Assembly: GCA_964431835.1 (NCBI GenBank)
Contig: CAYSKO010000001.1
Coordinates: 42,131 to 106,130, forward strand
Direction of reading: 5' to 3'
Length of the DNA: 64,000 nt
Source: an uncultured Planctomycetia bacterium
GTDB taxonomy: Bacteria > Omnitrophota > Gorgyraeia > 2-02-FULL-51-18
Made by a program: the position numbers and the translations under genes. The notes under the pieces are model-generated. The model was not told the DNA's origin, did not search any database, and worked only from the letters and a program-made list of their open reading frames with translations. Each line of letters begins with the position of its first letter. The first letter of the stretch is position 1. Shown piece after piece: positions 57,891-64,000 of this stretch.

Positions 57891-58933
57891 GTACTCCCGA
57901 CGACATCAACCCACCCGGTAAGGGGCAGTTTCTCGTCTATCCCACCGAAGACGGGCAGACGAAGATTGAAGTCCGGTTGGAAAACGAAACCGTTTGGCTG
58001 ACACAGCAACACATGTCCGAGCTTTTTCAGGTGGGCGTTTCGACTATTAACTACCATCTCAAAGAGATCTTCGATAGCGGCGAATTGACACCGGAGGCAA
58101 CTATTCGAAATTATCGAATAGTTCGCAAGGAAGGGACCCGCGAAGTAGCTCGCTCACTCGATTTCTACAACCTTGACGCCATTATCTCCGTCGGCTACCG
58201 CGTCAAAAGCACCGTCGCCACGCGCTTTCGCATCTGGGCCACGCAAAAACTCCGTGAGTTTATCGTCAAAGGCTTTGTCCTCGATGACGAACGCTTGAAA
58301 AACCCCGATCAACCTTTCGATTACTTTGATGAGCTGCTCCGGCGGATTCAGGACATCCGCACGTCCGAGCGGCGCTTTTACCAAAAGATCACCGATATCT
58401 ATGCCACCAGCATCGATTATGACCCTACTCAGCCGGTTAGCATCGAGTTTTTCCAGACCGTGCAAAATAAAATGCACTGGGCCATTACCGGACAAACGGC
58501 CGCGGAAATCATTCACTCCCGCGCCAATAGCGCCAAGTCCAACATGGGCCTGACCAACTGGCGCGGCGCGAAGGTGCGCAAAGAGGACGTCTCCATCGCC
58601 AAAAACTATCTCAATGAGGCTGAATTGGCCGCCCTCAATAACCTCGCCGAGCAATACCTCCTCTTTGCCGAAGGCCAGGCCCTGCGCCGCGTGCCGATGC
58701 ACATGCGCGACTGGATCACGAAGCTCAACGCCTTTCTGACGGTCAACGACCGCAATATCCTGACCCATGCGGGGAAGATTTCCCATCAACTCGCCAAGGA
58801 GCTGTCCGAGACGGAATATAAAAAATTCAATCTCAAGCGCATCCAGCAGAGCGACCGATCCGGTGGAGATTTTGAGAAGGCGATTAAACAATTGCCAAGT
58901 CCGCCCAAGCGGAAGAAAAACAAGAAGAAGTGA
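57887..58933 (+). CDS. RhuM-family protein (virulence protein RhuM / DUF-type). This is a common insert between hsdM and hsdS.
   Basis: Its ATG overlaps the hsdM stop (ATGA). Homologs of this roughly 350-aa family are found embedded in type I R-M loci. Confidence 0.55.
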   Translation: MSTPDDINPPGKGQFLVYPTEDGQTKIEVRLENETVWLTQQHMSELFQVGVSTINYHLKEIFDSGELTPEATIRNYRIVRKEGTREVARSLDFYNLDAIISVGYRVKSTVATRFRIWATQKLREFIVKGFVLDDERLKNPDQPFDYFDELLRRIQDIRTSERRFYQKITDIYATSIDYDPTQPVSIEFFQTVQNKMHWAITGQTAAEIIHSRANSAKSNMGLTNWRGAKVRKEDVSIAKNYLNEAELAALNNLAEQYLLFAEGQALRRVPMHMRDWITKLNAFLTVNDRNILTHAGKISHQLAKELSETEYKKFNLKRIQQSDRSGGDFEKAIKQLPSPPKRKKNKKK

Positions 58934-60177
58934 ATCGCCGTGGAAATCCTCCAAGCATGATAAATCAAACCCAAAGCCATCGTCCGCAATGTGGTCAAGA
59001 TTCTAAAGGCATGACGATGTTAGAGAAATCCCCAGTCTCAGATGTTTGCACAATCATTACTCGCGGCATTTCACCTGCTTACGATGATACAGGGATTCCA
59101 GTGTTGAGCCAGAAATGTGTGCGTGAGAACCAAGTAATTTTAGAGGCAGCGAGATTCACTAACCCAGAGATGAAAAAAATTCCAGCAGATAAATTGCTCC
59201 GATTGCACGATGTTTTAGTTAATTCAACCGGTGTTGGTACATTGGGACGTGTTGCTCAGGTCAACCGTCTTGATGGCGATACAACGGTGGATTCACACGT
59301 CACCATTGTTCGTCCTGATCCCAAAAAAATTGACCCTCGGTTCTTCGGCTATTCGATGGTTCTTAATCAACCTAAAATTGAGTCTATGGGTGAAGGCGCG
59401 ACGGGGCAAACCGAGTTGTCTCGTGCGCGATTGGGGCAGGAAATTCTTATCCCACGTCCTCCACTGCTGATACAACGGCAGATTGCGGACATCCTATCAG
59501 CCTACGACGATCTGATCGAAAATAATTTGAAGTGTATCAAAATTCTCGAAGAAATGGCCCGCTCGCTTTATCGGGAATGGTTTGTCTATTTTCGTTTTCC
59601 TGGTTATGAAAAAGTAAAATTTGTTGATTCTCCCCTTGGAAGAATTCCTCAGGGGTGGGAGGTGAAGAAGCTCGGAGATATTGCTGATATAAGTTGGGGC
59701 GACACATCAACGACGAAGGCTTCATATATGGAGGAGGGATACCCCGCTTATAGCGCATCCGGCTTGGACGGGAAACTGGATCATTATGATTTTGACCGCA
59801 TAGGAATCGTACTGAGTGCGATTGGTGCACAATGCGGCAGAACGTGGCTCGCTCGGGATAAGTGGTCCTGCATCAAGAACACGATTAAATTTTGGTCAAA
59901 GGACGACTGCGCCAGCACCGAGTTCTTGTTTATCGCAACGGAAGGTCAAGATTTCTGGCCGCGCCGAGGGGCTGCTCAGCCGTTTATTTCTCAGGGCGAT
60001 GCGGAGAGAAAAGATATTTTGATTCCCGATCTTTTCACAATGAACAGGTTTACTAAATTTGTAGAGAATGTTTCGGTGCAGAACGCAATCATGGAGACCC
60101 AAGTTCAAAACCTTCGCCGGACGCGCGATCTGCTTTTGCCCCGGCTATTGTCGGGCAGCCTTGAGCTGAATACATGA
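58930..60177 (+). CDS. hsdS: Type I restriction-modification specificity subunit S
   Basis: There are two target-recognition halves. The central conserved region is 'LIQRQIADILSAYDDLIENNLKCIKILEEMARSLYREWF'. The distal conserved region is 'NLRRTRDLLLPRLLSGSLEL'. The start is either the GTG at 58930 (GTGA overlap) or the ATG at 59011. Confidence 0.85.
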   Translation: MNRRGNPPSMINQTQSHRPQCGQDSKGMTMLEKSPVSDVCTIITRGISPAYDDTGIPVLSQKCVRENQVILEAARFTNPEMKKIPADKLLRLHDVLVNSTGVGTLGRVAQVNRLDGDTTVDSHVTIVRPDPKKIDPRFFGYSMVLNQPKIESMGEGATGQTELSRARLGQEILIPRPPLLIQRQIADILSAYDDLIENNLKCIKILEEMARSLYREWFVYFRFPGYEKVKFVDSPLGRIPQGWEVKKLGDIADISWGDTSTTKASYMEEGYPAYSASGLDGKLDHYDFDRIGIVLSAIGAQCGRTWLARDKWSCIKNTIKFWSKDDCASTEFLFIATEGQDFWPRRGAAQPFISQGDAERKDILIPDLFTMNRFTKFVENVSVQNAIMETQVQNLRRTRDLLLPRLLSGSLELNT

Positions 60178-61208
60178 GTCTCGATCTTGCTACAATTTTG
60201 CCGAACGTTAGTCATTCGCTTGAAAGTACCGGGTTTCTTTTTGGGTCAGGTACTTCTGTGGAGGCTGGCTATCCAGTAATGTCTGGCTTGACTCGAAAAG
60301 TTGTTGGGGCGCTAATTCTTGACGAGAGGAAAGTGTTGGATGAAGTGCTTTCCGTTGCTGGTGTCGCCTACAGTGACACTGATGCCAAACCAAACATCGA
60401 GGAATTGTCCGACTTTGTCATTGCCCACGCAATTAATTCGCACGACGCAAGATGCACCACTCTTGAAAGCAAGTTTAGAGAGTTGATTGTAAAGGAAATT
60501 CTTTCGGTTGAAAATCCAAATATTGAAAACCACGTTCAATTTTTCTGTGCTCTAAAAAAACGGACCTTCGGACGTCCATGCACCGTATGGATTTTTACAA
60601 CTAACTACGACCTGCTTTTTGAGATGGGAGCGGCGAAAGCTGGTGTGTTAATTGAAAATGGATTCTCGGGAAGCACGGAGCGTTTTTTCAATCCCGGGCA
60701 ATTCAGAGCGACGTCTGGTGAGGTTCTGGGGAGCCGTTTTACTCCAAACAATCAACTCACGGTGAAGCTGGTTAAGCTCCACGGATCTATTTCGTGGACG
60801 AATGAAGCGGGGCATCTCTTCGAGCGACATCCCGATGCGCTTACCGGAGCGGCAAGTCGCATCATGGTTCTGCCTCGCCGAGGAAAGGTCATGGACACAC
60901 TTGTTCCTCCTTACGAGACGTTATTTGGCTACACGAGTCGAGTGCTTGGCGTAGCATGTAAATATCTTCTTTCTTGTGGATTCAGTTTTGGAGATGAGCA
61001 CATAAACCAACATCTCATTTTACCCGCTTTGCAGTCTGGGCGAGCTCGTCTTTTTACGTTGAACGAGTTCGAGCCATCAGGAATGGAAGATTTTAAAAAA
61101 CTACCGACGTTTGAGGGCGGTTATTCAAATGAGCTTTACTTGGGCGGGAAGGTGGTGACACCCGGGACAGACTTTTGGAAATTCAGCCAGTTCGTGAAAC
61201 TTTTTTAA
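60174..61208 (+). CDS. SIR2-like (SIR2_2 / DHS-like NAD-binding fold) protein; the putative NADase component of a SIR2-HerA defense pair
   Basis: The N-terminal 'FLFGSGTS' is a Rossmann-like loop. 'TTNYDLLFE' is the signature of prokaryotic SIR2-like defense domains. 'KLHGS' is also present. Its ATG overlaps the hsdS stop. Confidence 0.7.
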   Translation: MSLDLATILPNVSHSLESTGFLFGSGTSVEAGYPVMSGLTRKVVGALILDERKVLDEVLSVAGVAYSDTDAKPNIEELSDFVIAHAINSHDARCTTLESKFRELIVKEILSVENPNIENHVQFFCALKKRTFGRPCTVWIFTTNYDLLFEMGAAKAGVLIENGFSGSTERFFNPGQFRATSGEVLGSRFTPNNQLTVKLVKLHGSISWTNEAGHLFERHPDALTGAASRIMVLPRRGKVMDTLVPPYETLFGYTSRVLGVACKYLLSCGFSFGDEHINQHLILPALQSGRARLFTLNEFEPSGMEDFKKLPTFEGGYSNELYLGGKVVTPGTDFWKFSQFVKLF

Positions 61209-61220
61209 CTGGGAGAATTT

Positions 61221-62930
61221 ATGAGTGACTATCAAATTGGAAGAGTTATAGCGGTAACGGGCGACGAGATCTTTGTATCGTTGCTTGATCATGAGCAGTC
61301 AAGTGGTTTGGAGTTTGGTGTACCCGATTCAATGACTGTCCATCTTCCGAGCGCAACAGGGCCCATGCCCGTACTGATTGGCCAGCCAGGAACATTTGTG
61401 AGCATTGCATTGCCCGCGGGAAAGCTTCTGTGTATGGTGACAGGTGTTGAATTGCGTGAGGCGAAGATTTTGGGGTCGGAACTTCGCGAAGCAGAGTCTG
61501 AAGGTTCGTTGATACTTGATCGTGCTACTCGAGGTTTGACGACGATACCAGTTGGAACAACCGATGCGGCAGGTAAGTTTGAGCGTGGTACGGACGTGCT
61601 TCCGACGGTCAATGCGCCCGTTTTTGCCGTAACGGCCGAACTAATTGACAAAGTATATTCAAGTTATGCAGAGGGAGACTTTACGATTGGGATGCTGTCG
61701 CTGCTCCCCACCCAGCAAGCTAAAATAAATCTTGATGCTTTCCTGACACGTCATGCCGCTATTCTTGGTCAGACTGGGGGCGGCAAGTCTTGGACTGTCG
61801 CATCACTGATTCAGAAAATGTGTAGATTTCAGCAGGCCACTATTGTCTTGTTTGACTTGCATGGAGAATACGCCACTACCTTTGGAGCTTCTGCCGATGT
61901 AATTTCGGCGACGGATTTGGAATTACCATATTGGCTGATGAATTCTGAAGAACTACTTGGCCTTATGGTTGATAGAAGCGAGTCAGCGGCACCGAACCAA
62001 ATCGCGAAGTTCAAGGAAATTCTGCAGGCCGCGAAGGAATCTCACCCAGAAAATGCGGCACTCGGAATTAAGAAAATTACGATTGATACACCAGTATTTT
62101 TTGACTTCGACGCTATATTGAGCGAGTTTCAGCGTCTTGACACAGAAATGGTTTCTGGTCAGCAGAAACCGAAGCTGGGACCGCTCTTCGGTGATTTTAC
62201 GCGCTTGCTAATGAGGATTAATTCCCGCCTAAATGATAGACGCTACGATCTTATTTTTCACCCAAAAACGTATAATACCAGCGCTTCGATGGAGGATTTA
62301 TTTCGCCGGTTGCTTAGCGAAAAGAAAGGTGACCGAAAAAAAGTTGTGGTTGTCGATTTGAGTCCAGTACCTTTCGATGTTCGTGGTTCAGTTATTTCGC
62401 TCATCTTACGCTGCCTGTTTGACTTCGCCTATTGGCATAGGCGTGTCAATTCAACACGATTTCCAATAGCTGTATTTGCTGACGAGGCGCACATTTATCT
62501 TCGTGATGGTGATACGGCTTCGGATGCTGCGAAACAATCCGCTGAACGCATTGCGAAAGAAGGTCGAAAATACGGCATTAGTTTAACGGTTATTAGTCAG
62601 CGGCCGAGAGAAGTTTCAGCTACTATTTTGTCGCAGTGTAATAGTTTCCTTTGCTTGAGGATTTCCAATCCCGACGATCAATCTTATGTCAGAAATTTAT
62701 TGCCTGATTCGGTTCGAGGTATCGTTAGCATGTTCTCGACCCTCCGCCGTGGTGAAGGCATCTTATTGGGAGATTCAGTGATGATGCCAACTCGTATCAG
62801 AATTGATGCTCCGAGTCCTGCCCCGGTGAGTGATGATGCATCATTTTACAAGGCGTGGAACGAAGCGCCCAAAGATATTGATTTTGCTAAGGTGCTAAAG
62901 GCGTGGAGAGACCAAGAGGTCACTCCTTAA
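61221..62930 (+). CDS. HerA/FtsK-like ATPase (DUF87-type); the partner of SIR2 in the SIR2-HerA antiphage system
   Basis: It has an N-terminal beta-barrel-like region. Walker A is 'ILGQTGGGKSWT'. Walker B is 'KKVVVVDLS' and 'AVFADEAHIY'. The HerA signature is 'LTVISQRPREVSATILSQCNSFLCLRISNPDD'. Confidence 0.75.
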   Translation: MSDYQIGRVIAVTGDEIFVSLLDHEQSSGLEFGVPDSMTVHLPSATGPMPVLIGQPGTFVSIALPAGKLLCMVTGVELREAKILGSELREAESEGSLILDRATRGLTTIPVGTTDAAGKFERGTDVLPTVNAPVFAVTAELIDKVYSSYAEGDFTIGMLSLLPTQQAKINLDAFLTRHAAILGQTGGGKSWTVASLIQKMCRFQQATIVLFDLHGEYATTFGASADVISATDLELPYWLMNSEELLGLMVDRSESAAPNQIAKFKEILQAAKESHPENAALGIKKITIDTPVFFDFDAILSEFQRLDTEMVSGQQKPKLGPLFGDFTRLLMRINSRLNDRRYDLIFHPKTYNTSASMEDLFRRLLSEKKGDRKKVVVVDLSPVPFDVRGSVISLILRCLFDFAYWHRRVNSTRFPIAVFADEAHIYLRDGDTASDAAKQSAERIAKEGRKYGISLTVISQRPREVSATILSQCNSFLCLRISNPDDQSYVRNLLPDSVRGIVSMFSTLRRGEGILLGDSVMMPTRIRIDAPSPAPVSDDASFYKAWNEAPKDIDFAKVLKAWRDQEVTP

Positions 62931-62933
62931 TTT

Positions 62934-64000
62934 ATGCCCCACCCTTATACGGAAGATCAGCTCGTTGAACAACCCGCCATAGAGCTTTTCTCAAACCTGG
63001 GTTGGAAAACTATTTCAGCGATGGAAGAAGTTTTTGGTGCAGAAGGAACTTTGGGCCGCGAAACTCCCGGCGAAGCAGTCCTGCTCTCCCATTTGCGGCC
63101 CGTTCTTGAAAAGTTAAATCGCTCTATTTCCCCTCAAGCCCTCGAAATCGCTATCGACCTATTGATACGAGATCGCTCTGCAATGGACATCACCTCCGCT
63201 AATCGCGAGGTCTACGAGCTTATCAAGGGCGGAGTATCCGTCTCTGTCCCAGACCATGAGCGTGGTGGCCAGAAAGAGGAGCGTGTTCGTGTCGTGGATT
63301 GGGAGAATCCAACCGCAAACGACTTCCTCGCAGTGCGACAAATCACTTTTACCGGGGTCCTTTACACTTGCCGTCCGGATATCGTGGGATACGTAAACGG
63401 GCTCCCGTGGGTAGTGATAGAGCTTAAGAAGCCAGGTGTTCCCGCCAGACAAGCCTTTGACGACAACCTTACAAGTTACAAACACATTCAAAACGGGATC
63501 CCTCAGCTTTTTTGGTACAACGCGCTTCTGGTTGCTTCCAACGGCACAGAGAGTCGGGTAGGGTCCATCACGGCAGACTGGGATCGATTCTTTGAGTGGA
63601 AGCGTATCGAGCGGGAGGATGAGCCGCGCACCATTTCTCTTGAAACCGTTCTTCGAGGCACCTGCGACAAATCCCGACTTCTGGATCTCGCCGAAAACTT
63701 TACACTTTTCTCTGAGCACAGGGCCGGATTGGTCAAGATACTTGGCCAGAACCATCAGTATTTGGGCGTCAATAACACTATCCAAGCGACGCTTAAGGCT
63801 CGCCAGGGCGGTCATGGGCGCGGTGGTGTGTTCTGGCAGACTCAAGGGAGCGGGAAGAGCTTCTCGATGGTTTTTTATGCCCAGAAGATCTTGCGACGGA
63901 TTCCTGGTAACTGGACTTTTGTCGTCGTCACGGATCGGGTGGAGTTGGATGACCAGATTGCCAAGACGTTTGCCGCCTGCGGCGCGGTATCCGATGCCAA
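62934..64000 (+). CDS. hsdR: Type I restriction enzyme R subunit, N-terminal part (runs off the window end); it is not in the supplied ORF track
   Basis: Translation from ATG 62934 gives 'MPHPYTEDQLVEQPAIELFSNLGWKT...'. The PD-(D/E)xK nuclease core is 'GYVNGLPWVVIELKKPG'. The helicase motif I is 'VFWQTQGSGKSFSM'. The frame is open to nt 64000. Confidence 0.85.
   Translation, partial: MPHPYTEDQLVEQPAIELFSNLGWKTISAMEEVFGAEGTLGRETPGEAVLLSHLRPVLEKLNRSISPQALEIAIDLLIRDRSAMDITSANREVYELIKGGVSVSVPDHERGGQKEERVRVVDWENPTANDFLAVRQITFTGVLYTCRPDIVGYVNGLPWVVIELKKPGVPARQAFDDNLTSYKHIQNGIPQLFWYNALLVASNGTESRVGSITADWDRFFEWKRIEREDEPRTISLETVLRGTCDKSRLLDLAENFTLFSEHRAGLVKILGQNHQYLGVNNTIQATLKARQGGHGRGGVFWQTQGSGKSFSMVFYAQKILRRIPGNWTFVVVTDRVELDDQIAKTFAACGAVSDA

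Noticed and set aside
58154-58954. 266-aa minus-strand ORF
   Set aside because: It is antisense to the rhuM-like gene, which is translationally coupled (4-nt overlaps) to hsdM and hsdS on the plus strand.
63159-63845. 228-aa minus-strand ORF, the only ORF listed in the track for the last kb
   Set aside because: The plus strand here encodes an open frame from ATG 62934 to the window end, with an unmistakable HsdR N-terminus and helicase motif I (QTQGSGKSF). The minus-strand ORF is its antisense shadow.

Overview
This window is a high-GC bacterial chromosomal segment with roughly 45 genes on a mostly forward-strand backbone. Two visibly AT-richer blocks, about 5.8-9.2 kb and 56.2-64 kb, look like acquired cassettes.

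Features in map order:
- 5' end: a giant (>1845 aa), 5'-partial membrane protein.
- 5.65 kb: an initiator-type tRNA-Met (CAT) at 5652-5728. A diverged 51-nt copy of its 3' half lies 30.7 kb downstream at 36399-36449. This is the geometry of a tRNA-targeted genomic island, but I find no integrase.
- Directly after the tRNA: a two-gene cassette. It encodes a GHKL/MORC-like ATPase with a possible C-terminal PD-(D/E)xK nuclease motif (5941-7992) and a helical partner (8027-8869). I cannot map it to a named defense system. It is my best candidate for an undescribed system.
- 9-12 kb: an IS200-like/RAYT Y1 transposase (11455-12063) whose 106-bp left end is duplicated at 9022-9127. The two copies bracket a KaiC-like double-RecA ATPase and a truncated stand-alone CheB methylesterase domain.
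- 12-36 kb: a redox/low-oxygen-themed block, listed below.
- Outside the putative island: a TolB-like pseudogene, a 2874-aa cyclic beta-1,2-glucan synthase (minus strand), a frameshifted CheB-CheR-PAS histidine kinase, an acyltransferase-3 protein, a MATE exporter, a K+ channel with a zinc ribbon, and an Old Yellow Enzyme.
- 3' end: a type I R-M operon, hsdM-rhuM-hsdS-[SIR2-HerA]-hsdR. A SIR2 + HerA antiphage pair sits between hsdS and a partial hsdR that the ORF track omits.

Genes in the 12-36 kb redox/low-oxygen block:
- rhodanese-YgaP-like protein
- CoA-disulfide reductase with a rhodanese domain
- cytochrome c
- two CBS-pair proteins
- an acyl desaturase
- an AOX/PTOX-like diiron oxidase
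- two FixL-like heme-PAS histidine kinases and a NarL/FixJ-type regulator
- two tandem-USP genes (one frameshifted)
- ldhA and a lactate permease
- a Na+/Ca2+ exchanger and a P-type Ca2+-ATPase
- a PAS histidine kinase

Gene-integrity anomalies:
- Two paralogous genes carry +1 frameshifts in short homopolymers (an A6 tract and a G6 tract).
- The TolB-like gene has an in-frame TGA exactly where a PD40 'SPDG' glycine is expected.

No CRISPR array or rRNA was seen. Long antisense ORFs inside the GC-rich genes are treated as artefacts.
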